Below, piece by piece: positions 12,424 to 22,155 of a stretch of 64,000 bases of DNA (the stretch's first letter is position 1; each line of letters begins with the position of its first letter). The notes under the pieces are model-generated. The model did not search any database and had not been told where the DNA came from. It saw only the letters and a list, made by a program, of their open reading frames with translations. The stretch spans positions 256,001-320,000 of the forward strand of contig CBDBZY010000003.1 of assembly GCA_965213685.1 (NCBI GenBank), read 5' to 3'. This DNA is from a bacterium (GTDB taxonomy: Bacteria; UBA8248). The translations under genes and the position numbers were made by a program.

Positions 12424-13176
12424 ATGAATTTGAGCTGGATCATCGGCGTCGTCATCGTGTTGCTGTTTTTCGTCAGCGCCATCCGCGTCCTGAACGAGTA
12501 TGAGCGCGGCGTCATCTTTCGGCTGGGCCGCTTCTACGCCACCAAGGGGCCCGGTCTCATCATCGTGCTTCCGGTGATCGATCGCATGACCCGCGTGGGC
12601 CTGCGGCTGGTGACGATGGACGTGCCGCCGCAGGATATCGTCACGAAAGACAACGTGTCGGTGAAGGTGAACGCCGTGGTCTATTTTCGCGTGCTGAATC
12701 CCGAGCGGGCGATCATCGAGGTGGAGGATTTCCTCTACGCCACGGGCCAGTTGAGCCAGACCACGCTGCGGAGCGTGCTGGGCCAGATGGACCTGGACGA
12801 TCTGCTGTCCGAGCGCGAGAAGATCAACACCCAGCTCCAGGAACTCCTGGATCACGCCACCGACCCCTGGGGCATCAAGGTCACCAACGTGGAGCTGAAG
12901 CACGTGGACCTCCCCAGCGAGATGCAGCGCGCCATCGCCCGCCAGGCGGAGGCGGAGCGCGAGCGCCGCGCCAAGGTCATTCACGCGGAAGGCGAGTTCC
13001 AGGCGAGCGCGCGGCTTGCCGAGGCCGCCACCGCCATCGGGCAGGCCCCCGGCGCGCTGCAGCTGCGGTTCCTGCAAACCCTCTCCGAGGTCGCGACCGA
13101 GAACAACTCGACCATCGTCTTCCCCCTTCCGCTGGATTTGCTGCGCCCATTCGTGGAGGGAGGCGGACGTAAGTAG
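12424..13176 (+). CDS. SPFH/stomatin (slipin) family protein
   Basis: [44 protein letters not shown]. Confidence 0.95.
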   Translation: MNLSWIIGVVIVLLFFVSAIRVLNEYERGVIFRLGRFYATKGPGLIIVLPVIDRMTRVGLRLVTMDVPPQDIVTKDNVSVKVNAVVYFRVLNPERAIIEVEDFLYATGQLSQTTLRSVLGQMDLDDLLSEREKINTQLQELLDHATDPWGIKVTNVELKHVDLPSEMQRAIARQAEAERERRAKVIHAEGEFQASARLAEAATAIGQAPGALQLRFLQTLSEVATENNSTIVFPLPLDLLRPFVEGGGRK

Positions 13177-13263
13177 GGGGGAACGAGGGGGGAGGTCGGG
13201 GCCGGCGGCGGCTGGCGGATGCGGGCGGGGCCTCGTCGCCCGTTTCGGCTTCCGGTGGCGCGG

Positions 13264-13602
13264 CTATCGCTTCAACTTCCGGAGGAAGGCGGCCGCCTCC
13301 TCCGCACTGCGAAGCACCTTGTCGTTGTAGTGCGTGATTTGGTTGATCTCTATGCGGTTGCCCGATTCGTCGAGGAGAACCAGATCCTCCAAATGGACGC
13401 CGACGAACCCGTTGTCGCGCAAGGAGCGCATAATCGCCCCCGCGATGCAGAAGGCGCAGGCGAGTTCGTCGGAGCTGAGGGTCGGCGCCAACTCCCCGTT
13501 TTTCTTGCGGACCACGGCGAAATGGCCCTGAACCCACCCGACGTCCTCAAGCAGCCGGGCGGCGCCTTCGAGAACGTCATTTTGCTCTTCTCTGCTCAGC
13601 AT
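13264..13602 (-). CDS. small hypothetical protein, DUF6197-like
   Basis: AARLLE..GWVQG, FCIAGAI, HYND..LRSAEEAAAFL pattern; GGAGA RBS; family assigned from memory. Confidence 0.55.
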   Translation of the reverse strand: MLSREEQNDVLEGAARLLEDVGWVQGHFAVVRKKNGELAPTLSSDELACAFCIAGAIMRSLRDNGFVGVHLEDLVLLDESGNRIEINQITHYNDKVLRSAEEAAAFLRKLKR

Positions 13603-13626
13603 GGCGGTTTTCTCCGATGGGCGCCC

Positions 13627-13731
13627 CGATCCCTTTCTGGCGTGCTTCCGCGCGTTTCAGGCTCCACGACGCCCGCCCCCTCATGGCCCATGACGACGAT
13701 TCCTTTCTGCTGTGCTTCCGTGCTTTTCAGG
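13627..13731. repeat. two 35 bp imperfect direct repeats, 70 bp period
   Basis: CGATCCCTTTCTGGCGTGCTTCCGCGCGTTTCAGG (13627) vs CGATTCCTTTCTGCTGTGCTTCCGTGCTTTTCAGG (13697), 5 mismatches. Confidence 0.85.
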
Positions 13732-13966
13732 GGGGTGAGGAGCAACGTTCCGGCGGCAGGTTTGCTCCCATGCAAGCGCGCAACCCGCTCTCGCCGCCTC
13801 GCTCGGATATGGAATGGCGGCGTGCGCGCCTTTCATATGCCAAACCAGAGAAACCGAGGAATAACCGTATCCATTATCACACACGCATGCAGATTGCCAC
13901 GCGACCCCATGTGCCGGCGGGACGGAGCGCCCTCCGCCGGGGTTTGTTCGCCCGCAGGAAGGTGCA

Positions 13967-14473
13967 TCAGTGGCGAAAGCCTGCGGGGTCGCGCCGGTCG
14001 AACGCATCCCCCCAGATGCCCCGCCGGAAGCTCCTGGCGACGTTCTCGGCTTCTATCAGCTCCTTGCGGTAGCGCACGTTGGGGTGCTTGACGATGGCGC
14101 GGCCCAGCCCTCTGAGCACCATCAGCACGTTCACGTGCGCCCCGTCCGGCAGGAAGACGTAGTATTGCGTCCGTCCGTGGTCATCGACGAGTTTCTTGTC
14201 GAGCTCGAGGGTCACGGTCGTGTTTTCGAGCAGGCGTCTCAGGAAGGCGCGCGCCTCGGTGCTGCCGGGTGCCCCCGGCCCGGGCGCGCCCACCCCGATG
14301 AGGGAGGAGCGCAGGCCGCCGCCCAGCTGGAAGCTCGCGCCGTCATACACCCTGGCGACGCGCGCGGTGAGGCGCTTTCGGAACGGCGCGTCATCCTGGG
14401 CGCGGGCGGCGGGCGCGCCGAGCAGGGCGGCCATGGCGAGCGCGCAGAGAAGCCGGGCGGTTTTTTGCGTCAT
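13967..14473 (-). CDS. secreted thermonuclease (SNase) family protein
   Basis: Signal peptide ending ARA; VARVYDGAS, LIGVGAP, DDHGRTQYYV, ARSFRRGIW. Confidence 0.8.
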   Translation of the reverse strand: MTQKTARLLCALAMAALLGAPAARAQDDAPFRKRLTARVARVYDGASFQLGGGLRSSLIGVGAPGPGAPGSTEARAFLRRLLENTTVTLELDKKLVDDHGRTQYYVFLPDGAHVNVLMVLRGLGRAIVKHPNVRYRKELIEAENVARSFRRGIWGDAFDRRDPAGFRH

Positions 14474-14859
14474 CGTCTCATGGCCTCTTGGTGCCGGTGG
14501 TGATTCTTTCGGGCAGTCCGTTCGCGCGTCCTGCCCTCTCCCGCGCGGATGTTTGGTTGCGACGTCTGACGCCAAGGCCCCCCGGGCGAAACGCTCCGGC
14601 CGCCGCACCCGCAGCACCGCTCATGATACCACAGGCGGAGAGAGGCGGTTTTTGTCGGCCCACAAGAGATGTGGAAGCGGCGGATGCGCGCAGCGGATGC
14701 GGTTCTCTGGCGCCTTGCCCGGACGGCGGGGAAACGCGCGGCGTTTTCTTGTTGCGCCCCCTTTTTGTTGAGATTCCAGGCTGGTTGCCCCTACAATGCG
14801 GAATCGCGCCGGATGCGCTGCGCGCGCGGGTTCATCTTTTCTGGTTCCGGAGCGGGCAC

Positions 14860-15847
14860 ATGGCGAGGGCGGCGGAGATACAAGCGGGCGAGCGGTTCGA
14901 TTCCTTTTTCCGAATCCGCGAGTACGAGGCGCGCCTGAGCAGGACGGGCAGGGAGTATCTCGACTTGTCTCTGGAGGACGGGTCGGGGGACATCCCCGCC
15001 AAGGTGTGGGAGCCGTCCAGCCAGGTGGAGGGCGTAGTGGCGGCGGGGGACTTCATCAAGGTGCGGGCCGTGGCGGAGAACTACAAGGGCGGGCTGCAGC
15101 TTCGGGTGGAGCGGATGCGCCGGGTGAACGATCAGGATTATGCGAGCGGGTTCCGGCGCGAGGACTGCGTGCGGCGCACGACATACGACATCGACGTGAT
15201 GTGGAAGGAGACGAAGCGCATCGCGCAGAGCTGCCATCCCCTCGTGGCCGCATACCTCGTCGCGATACTGGATGCGTATGAGGAGAAATTCCGCGAGTGG
15301 CCCGCCTCCCAGTACATCCACCATCCCTACCTCGGCGGCTTGCTGGAGCACACGCTTTCGGTCACGAAAACGTGCCTCTATCTCGCCGATAAATATGCGG
15401 TCTCCCGCGACCTCCTGGTCGCGGGCGCGCTCCTGCACGACATCGGAAAGTTTGCGGAGCTCTCCACCGAGGGGGCCACGCACTACACGGCGCGAGGCCG
15501 GCTCCTCGGCCACGTGGTGATGGGGCGCGACGTCGTGCGCGACTGGGCGCGGCGCGAGGGCGTTTTCCCCGAGGGGGAGGCACCGGAAGGGTTTCTCCTG
15601 CATCTGGAGCATCTCATGCTCTCCCACCAGGGGCAGCCGGAGTGGGGGGGCGGCGAAGACGCCCATGTCGGCGGAGGCGCTCCTCCTCCACTACGCCGAC
15701 GACATCGACGCCAAATTCAACCTGATGAAGCGCGCGGTCGAAGAGGATCGCGGAGAGGGGGACTTCACGGAGAGGAACCGCGTCATGGGGCGCGCCTTCT
15801 ACAAGGGCGCGCCGTCCCTCCCCCCGGAGGAGGCGGGCGATGCTTGA
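14860..15847 (+). CDS. yhaM: YhaM-like 3'-5' exoribonuclease (OB fold + HD domain), frameshift in G run near 15645
   Basis: LEDGSGDIPAKVW, HHPYLGGLLEHTL, LLHDIGK, SHQGQPEWG, EALLLHYADDIDAK. Confidence 0.85.
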
Positions 15848-16737
15848 GGCGATCCGGAACGAAAGGACGCGGCGAATCGTGATGCTGGCCGTCGATCACG
15901 GCTACTTCCAGGGGCCGACCTCGGGGCTGGAGGAGCCGGGGAAAACCCTCGGGCCCCTGCTGCCCCACTGCGACGCCGTGAGCCCGACGAAGGGCGTTTT
16001 TCTGCACTGCATGCCGCCGGGGAGTGCCGCGCCGGTCATCCTGCGGGCCTCGGGCGGAAACGCCGTCGTCTATTCGGACCCGGTGGCACTGGAGCGCGAG
16101 CTGGCCATTCGGGGCGCCGGCGTCGAGGACGCGGCGGACCGCGACGCCTTGCGGGGGCCGCATCGCCGAGGAGCTCGTGAGCCGCGAGCTGTCGAACGAG
16201 GCCATCACCGTCTCGGCGGCGGAGGCCCGACGCCTGGGCGCGGCGGGCGTTTCCGTCTCGGTCTACGTGGGGGCGCGCTACCAGAAGGAGTCCATCGTCA
16301 ACCTGGCGCGGATGAGCGAGGAGGGGCGCAGGGAGGGGCTGATCGTCCTCGGCATCACGGCGGTGGGCAGGGAGATGAAGCGCGACGCGCGCTACCTGGG
16401 GCTGGCCGCGCGCATCGCGGCGGAGCACGGGGCGGACGTCGTGAAGACGTATTTTTGCGACCGCTTCGAGGAGGTGGTTCGCGGATGCTTCGTGCCCATC
16501 GTCATCGCCGGGGGGAGGAAGATTCCCGAACGCGAGGCGCTCGCGTTTTGCCGCCGCGCGATCGACGCCGGGGCGGCCGGGGTGGACATGGGCAGAAACA
16601 TCTTCCAGAGCGCGCACCCCGTCGCCATGATCCGGGCGGTGCGCGGCGTCGTGCACGACGACCTCTCGCCCGACGCGGCATACGAGATGTTCCAGGATTT
16701 AATGGGAGCGGCCGGGCGCGGGGCGCCATCCGGATGA
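15840..16737 (+). CDS. lsrF: class I aldolase/thiolase, LsrF/DhnA family (frameshift near 16150)
   Basis: MLAVDHGYFQGPTSGLE, RDARYLGLAARIAAEHGADVVKTY, VPIVIAGG, GVDMGRNIFQS. Confidence 0.8.
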
Positions 16738-17765
16738 GAGGGGCGATGCGGGCGGCGGTCTATTACCGAAACGATGACGTCCGGGTCGAGGAGGTGGCGA
16801 GGCCGCGGGCCGGGGCCGGCGAGTTGCTGCTCCAGACCCGCGCCAGCGGCATCTGCGGCAGCGACGTCATGGAGTGGTACCGCGTCGGGGGCGCGCCGCG
16901 CGTCCTGGGCCATGAGGTGACGGGCGTGGTCGCCGAGGCGGGCGGCGGGGTGGAGAATTTTCGGCCGGGGGATCGCGTGTCCGTCACCCACCACGTGCCG
17001 TGCAACCGCTGTGCGCACTGCCTGCGCGGAGACCACACGGCGTGCGAGACGCTTCGCGCCACGAATTTCGACCCGGGCGGCTTCTCCGAGTTCATTCGGG
17101 TGCCCGCGCGCAACGTGGCGGTCGGGACGTTTCATCTGCCCGATGCCGTCTCGGACGAGGAGGGCGTGTTCATCGAGCCGCTCGGCTGCGTCCCTGCGCG
17201 GCTGGAGGCGCTTGCGGATGACGCCGGGGCTGTCTGTCTTCGTGGTGGGGAGCGGCGTCTCCGGCCTGCTGCACGTCCCAGGCCGCCGCCGCCCTGGGCG
17301 CCGGCCCCGTTTTCGCGGCGGACGTCCATCCCTACCGCCTGGAGGCCGCCCGGAGGTTCGGCGCGCGGCCGCTCCCCCCGTGCGAGCGGATGGATGAGGC
17401 GCTGCGGGAGGCGAACGAGGGCCGCCTGGCGGATCGCGTCATTCTCTGCGCCGGCGCGCCGGCCGCACTGGAAAACGGCCCTCTCGTGCGTCGCGCCATG
17501 CGGCGTCGTGCACCTGTTCGCCCCCGCACCGCCGGAGCACCATCCCCCGGTGGACGTCCACAGAATCTGGCGCGAGCAGATCGCCATCACCGCCACCTAT
17601 GGCGCGGCCCCGCTCGATTTGCGGGAGGCGATGGCGCTGATTCGCGCGCGCCGCCTGCCGGTGGAGGAGCTGATCACCCACAGGTTGCCGCTGGGGGACG
17701 CGCAGGAGGGCTTTCGGCTTGTCGCCCGGGCCGGGGAATCCCTGAAGGTGGTGCTGACGCCCTAG
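16734..17765 (+). CDS. zinc-dependent alcohol/polyol dehydrogenase (several apparent frameshifts 17190-17480)
   Basis: GICGSD, GHE, CNRCAHC, GSGVSG in shifted frame, LITHRLPL...SLKVVL. Confidence 0.85.
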   Translation: MRGAMRAAVYYRNDDVRVEEVARPRAGAGELLLQTRASGICGSDVMEWYRVGGAPRVLGHEVTGVVAEAGGGVENFRPGDRVSVTHHVPCNRCAHCLRGDHTACETLRATNFDPGGFSEFIRVPARNVAVGTFHLPDAVSDEEGVFIEPLGCVPARLEALADDAGAVCLRGGERRLRPAARPRPPPPWAPAPFSRRTSIPTAWRPPGGSARGRSPRASGWMRRCGRRTRAAWRIASFSAPARRPHWKTALSCVAPCGVVHLFAPAPPEHHPPVDVHRIWREQIAITATYGAAPLDLREAMALIRARRLPVEELITHRLPLGDAQEGFRLVARAGESLKVVLTP

Positions 17766-17811
17766 GGCGCGCGACCCCTCCCCCTCTCTCGGGCGAAAGA
17801 CGCGGGGCGCG

Positions 17812-18387
17812 GCCGCCTGCGGTTGGGGGGAGCGTCCGCGCGCGGGGCCGGGGGGGGGGGAGGCGCCTATTCCTCCATCGGGTGGTAGGTCAGCTCGCCC
17901 CTCCGGCCCGCCTTCGCCCGCGGCGGCCTCCTCCTCGTAGAGGGCGTCCGGCGGCGTGTCCTCGATGAATTCCGCCCCCTCTTCGGCCTCCTCCCCGACG
18001 GGTGCCGCCGCCTGCGGTTGGGGGGAGCGCTCCGCGCGTGGGGGCCGGGGGAGGCGCCTATTCCTCCATCGGGTGGTAGGTCAGCTCGCCCTCCGGCCCG
18101 CCTTCGTCCGCGGCGGCCTCCTCCTCGTAGAGGGCGTCCGGCGGCGTATTCTCGATGAATTCCGCCCCCTCTTCGGCCTCCCCGCCGACGGGTGCCGCCG
18201 CCTGCGGGTGGGGGGAGCGCTCCTCGCGTGGGGGCCGGGGGGAGGCGCCTATTCCTCCATCGGGTGGTAGGTCAGCTCGCCCTCCGGCCCGCCTTCGTCC
18301 GCAGCGGCCTCCTCCTCGTAGAGGGCGTCCGGCGGCGTGTCCTCGATGAATTCCGCCCCCTCTTCGGCCTCCCCACCGACGGGTGCC
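17812..18387 (-). repeat. three tandem ~191 bp copies of the recD2 3' end plus downstream spacer
   Basis: Stop-codon complement CTA at 17867, 18058, 18249; same sequence as the genuine end at 18598-18742. Confidence 0.97.
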
Positions 18388-18547
18388 GCCGCCTGCCGGT
18401 GGCGGAGCTGATCACCCACAGGCTGCCGCTGGGGGACGCCCAGGAAGGCTTTCGGCTTGTCGCCCGGGCCGGGGAATCCCTGAAGGTGGTGCTGACACCC
18501 TAGGGCGCGCGACCCCTGGCCCCTCTCTCTCCCGGGCGAAAGACGCG
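18388..18547 (+). repeat. second copy of dehydrogenase 3' end (116 bp) plus intergenic segment
   Basis: 18388-18503 matches 17650-17765 with 5 substitutions. Confidence 0.97.
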
Positions 18548-18597
18548 GCCGCCTGCGGTTGGGGGGAGCGCTCCTCGCGCGGGGCCGGGGGAGGCGC

Positions 18598-21084
18598 CTA
18601 TTCCTCCATCGGGTGGTAGGTCAGCTCGCCCTCCGGCCCGCCTTCGTCCGCGGCGGCCTCCTCCTCGTAGAGGGCGTCCGGCGGCGTGTCCTCGATGAAT
18701 TCCGCCCCCTCTTCGGCCTCCTCCCCGACGACGGGCGCCGCCGCCGCGATGAGCGGCGCGAGATCCGCCTCCCGGCGGATTCGTTCCGGCAGGCCGCTCC
18801 ACCTCCTCCGCACGCGCGCGTTGGCTATCGCCATCCCCAGCGCCTTTTTCGCGCCGAGGAGGACCACCAGGCGCCTCGCCCGCGTGAGGGCGGTGTAGAC
18901 GAGGTTTCTTTGCAGCATCGGGTAGTGCTGGGTGTGAAGCGGGATGACGACGGCGGGGTATTCGCTCCCCTGGCTCTTGTGCACGGTGATGGCGTAGGCG
19001 TGCATCAGCTCGTCGAGTGCCCCGCGCGCGTATTCGATGAGACCCGAGTCAAAGGCCACGCGAACGCTCGCGGCCTCGGGATCGACGCCGCGCACGACGC
19101 CGATGTCGCCGTTGAACACGTCCTTCTCGTAGTTGTTCTTCACCTGGATGAGCTTGTCCCCGGTGCGGAACGTCCGCCCCCCGATCCGCAGCGCGGGCGC
19201 ATCCCCGGCGGGGTTGAGGGCTTCCTGCAGGCGCGCGTTCAGGCTCTGCACGCCGAGCACGCCCCGCTGCATGGGGGAGATGACCTGAATCTCCTCGATG
19301 GGGTCGAATCCGAATCGCTCGGGAATGCGCTCGCGGCACAACTCCACGATGCGGTCCGCGCACTCCTCCGCCTCCGCTTCCTCGATGAAATAATAATCAG
19401 ACGAGGGCCGCCCCTCCCGCCCCCCCTTCCCGTCCCGGGGCATCTCGCCCCGGTTCACGCGGTGGGCGTTCTCCACGATCAGGCTCTTGCGCGCCTGGCG
19501 GAACACCTCGGTGAGCCGCGCGACGGGCAGGGTCTCGGACTGGATGGCGTCGCTCAGGACGTTTCCGGGCCCCACGGAGGGGAGCTGATCCACGTCGCCC
19601 ACCATGATGAACGTCGCCGCGTCCTGCACCGCGCGCAGCAGGTGGGCCATCAGATGGACGTCGAGCATCGAGGCCTCGTCAACGATCACGATGTCCCCGG
19701 TCAGCGGGTTTTCCGCGTCGCGCACGAAGCCGCCCGCGTGCCAGCTGAACTCCAGCAGCCTGTGGATGGTGCGCGCCTCGTGGCCGGTGACCTCGGAGAG
19801 GCGCTTGGCCGCCCGGCCCGTGGGCGCGCCCAGGGTGACCTCCAGGCCGAGGAGGTCCTTGTATATCTCGGTGACGGCGCGCACGATGGTCGTCTTGCCG
19901 GTGCCGGGCCCCCCCGTCACGACGAGCACCTTTTCCGTGAGCGCGCCCTCTATCGCCGCGCGCTGATCCGCGGTGGCCATCCCGCCTTCGAGGGCGCTTT
20001 GCGCGAGGCCGCGCAGGCGCTCGCCGGTCGTTGCGCCGGGGACGCCCCGGCCCCGCAACGCGGCGTCCAGGCGAACCTCATCGCGCGGGGTGCGGATGAG
20101 GGTGGCGAGGCGGCGGGCGACCTCGCATTCCGAGGCGTAGAGCGGGCGCGCGTACACCCGCCTGTCCTCGGCCGAGGCGAGGTTCTCGAGCCGGTTCGCC
20201 GATTCGATCACCAGGGCGCCCGTCCTGCCCAGCCCGTCGATGGCGGCGGCGAGGGGCTCCGGGTCCGTCTCGAGCGTCCGGGCGGTCTCCACCACCAGCT
20301 CCCCGTAGGGCGAGAAGCAGTGTCCCTCGCGCTCTGCGAGCTGGTTCAGGGCGTAGACGGCCCCCGCCGCCAGGCGTTCGGGCGAGTCCGCCGGAATCCC
20401 CAGCTTCCGGGCGACTTGGTCCGCGCTCCGGAAGCCCACGCCGTGAATGTCCGTCGCCAGGCGGTAGGGGTCTTCGCGCAGAGTCTGGATGGATTCGTCG
20501 CCGTAGGTTCGCAGAATTTTCTCGGACAGGTGCAGCGGAATGTCGTATTGCTGGAGGAAGAGCATGATCTCCTTGACCTCGCTCTGGCTCTTCCAGCTCT
20601 CGACGATGGCCTCGCGCTTCTTCTCCCCGAGGCCGCTGATCTCGGTGAGCCGCTCGGGGTGCGCGTCCAGTATGTCGAGCGCACTCTCGCCGAAGCGCTC
20701 CACGATCCGTCTGGCGGTGGCGGGGCCGATGTGCCGAATGATGCCCGACGCCAGGTATTTCTCGATTCCCTCAACCGTCGTGGGCGGCAACGGGTGGGCG
20801 AGGTTGGCGTGGAACTGGCGGCCGAACCTCGGGTGATCCTTCCAACTGCCCCGGAACCGGACGCGCTCCCCCTCCCGAATGCTCGAGAGGTGGCCCACCA
20901 CCGCCACGCGCGGGAAGTCCGCGTCGTCCGGCTGGACGAGCAGAACGCTGTAGCCCGTGTCGTCCGCGCGAAAGCGAATCCGCTCCACCGCGCCGATCAC
21001 CTCGTCTCCCTCATGGGGGAACAGTCCCGTTTTTGGGGGCGGCGTCCGGTGCCTGCGGCGGTATCCTCCGGGTTTGCGCGTCAT
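18598..21084 (-). CDS. recD2: ATP-dependent RecD-like DNA helicase RecD2
   Basis: HPRFGRQF, HhH region, TGGPGTGKTT, APTGRAAKRL, VDEASM, GDVDQLPSVGPG, AITVHKSQGSE; acidic C-tail. Confidence 0.96.
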   Translation of the reverse strand: MTRKPGGYRRRHRTPPPKTGLFPHEGDEVIGAVERIRFRADDTGYSVLLVQPDDADFPRVAVVGHLSSIREGERVRFRGSWKDHPRFGRQFHANLAHPLPPTTVEGIEKYLASGIIRHIGPATARRIVERFGESALDILDAHPERLTEISGLGEKKREAIVESWKSQSEVKEIMLFLQQYDIPLHLSEKILRTYGDESIQTLREDPYRLATDIHGVGFRSADQVARKLGIPADSPERLAAGAVYALNQLAEREGHCFSPYGELVVETARTLETDPEPLAAAIDGLGRTGALVIESANRLENLASAEDRRVYARPLYASECEVARRLATLIRTPRDEVRLDAALRGRGVPGATTGERLRGLAQSALEGGMATADQRAAIEGALTEKVLVVTGGPGTGKTTIVRAVTEIYKDLLGLEVTLGAPTGRAAKRLSEVTGHEARTIHRLLEFSWHAGGFVRDAENPLTGDIVIVDEASMLDVHLMAHLLRAVQDAATFIMVGDVDQLPSVGPGNVLSDAIQSETLPVARLTEVFRQARKSLIVENAHRVNRGEMPRDGKGGREGRPSSDYYFIEEAEAEECADRIVELCRERIPERFGFDPIEEIQVISPMQRGVLGVQSLNARLQEALNPAGDAPALRIGGRTFRTGDKLIQVKNNYEKDVFNGDIGVVRGVDPEAASVRVAFDSGLIEYARGALDELMHAYAITVHKSQGSEYPAVVIPLHTQHYPMLQRNLVYTALTRARRLVVLLGAKKALGMAIANARVRRRWSGLPERIRREADLAPLIAAAAPVVGEEAEEGAEFIEDTPPDALYEEEAAADEGGPEGELTYHPMEE

Positions 21085-21154
21085 GGGCCGATTCCGGTCG
21101 TTCGCGGGCGGGCGAGGCGGTCGTGCGGCGCGCGCGCCCCGGATCGGGTGGGGC

Positions 21155-21964
21155 TCAAGGGGCGCCCTCGTCCGTCCCGGCGCTTTTCGCCTCCTCCCAG
21201 AGCGCTTCGAGGGCGTCGGGCGGCGCGTTCTCGGGCGAGAGTCCCCGGGTGCGCAGGGCCGCCTCGATGTAGTGGAAGCGCGCGATGAAGCGTCCGATGG
21301 AGGCGCGCGCCGCCCCCTCGGCGTTCACGCCGAGCTTGCGGGAGAGGTTCACCGCCGCGAACAGAAAATCGCCCATCTCCTCCTCGGCCGCCCTCTCGTC
21401 CCCTGTGCGCATCGCCTCCCGGAGTTCGGCCCACTCCTCCTCCACCTTCTGCGCCGCCCCGGCCGCGTCCGGCCAGTCGAAGCCCACGCGCGCGGCCTTT
21501 CCCTGCAGCCTCTGGGCGCGCTGGAGGGCGGGCATGGCGAGGGGGACGCCGTCGAGAATCGAGGCGGCGGCCCGGGCGTTGTCCGAGCGGTTGTTTCTTT
21601 TGTTGATCTCCCAGTTCCGCAGCACCTCGCGGCTCGTCTCGGCGCGCGCGTCCTGAAACACGTGGGGATGGCGGTCGATCATCTTTTGCGCCAGGGCGCG
21701 GGACGCCTCCTCCGCGTCGAAGAGGCCCCGCTCCTTGGCGAGCTGGCAGTGGAAGAGCACCTGCAGCAGAAGGTCGCCCAGCTCCTCCTTCAGCATCCCG
21801 GGGTCGCCCGCCTCGATGGCCTCCATCACCTCGTAGGCCTCCTCGATCAGGTAGGGCTTGAGGGTGTGATGGTCCTGCTCCCTGTCCCAGGGGCAGCCGT
21901 CTGGTGCTCTCAGGCGCGCCATGACCTCCACCGCGTGCTCAAAACCGCTTTTCTTCTCGCTCAA
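21155..21964 (-). CDS. mazG: nucleoside triphosphate pyrophosphohydrolase
   Basis: GCPWDREQ, EEAYEV, EELGDLLLQV, RHPHVF, VGFDW, EEMGDFLF. Confidence 0.95.
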   Translation of the reverse strand: MSEKKSGFEHAVEVMARLRAPDGCPWDREQDHHTLKPYLIEEAYEVMEAIEAGDPGMLKEELGDLLLQVLFHCQLAKERGLFDAEEASRALAQKMIDRHPHVFQDARAETSREVLRNWEINKRNNRSDNARAAASILDGVPLAMPALQRAQRLQGKAARVGFDWPDAAGAAQKVEEEWAELREAMRTGDERAAEEEMGDFLFAAVNLSRKLGVNAEGAARASIGRFIARFHYIEAALRTRGLSPENAPPDALEALWEEAKSAGTDEGAP

Positions 21965-22107
21965 GGCGCGCCTCGCGTTCGGGAGTCTGCTGCGTTCGGC
22001 CAGTGTCGGCCAATGTACACCGAACGCCTGGAAAAGCCAACAACCCTGCTTAACGGGGAGGGTGCCCATGGCGCGGGATGGGCGAACGCTCCGGGATTGC
22101 GCGCCCG

Positions 22108-22155
22108 GCCCATCATGTGGGATGACGAAATGCATATGAACACAAAATGTTGTGT
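22108..22155. promoter_or_regulatory. tandem NrdR-box-like operators
   Basis: ACACAAAATGTTGTGT (22140-22155) fits acaCwAtATaTwGtgt; weaker GCCCATCATGTGGGAT 32 bp upstream; TTGACA at 22161. Confidence 0.6.

Noticed and set aside
13627-13731. Mini CRISPR array (35 bp repeat, 35 bp spacer)
   Set aside because: Only two imperfect copies, no cas genes and no typical repeat terminus
18192-18503. 103-aa chimeric ORF ending in the dehydrogenase C-terminus
   Set aside because: By-product of the duplication: the N-terminal part is antisense recD2 tail with no RBS
17812-18742. Diversity-generating retroelement TR/VR pair or CRISPR
   Set aside because: Differences are not adenine-specific, no reverse transcriptase is in the window and there are no unique spacers
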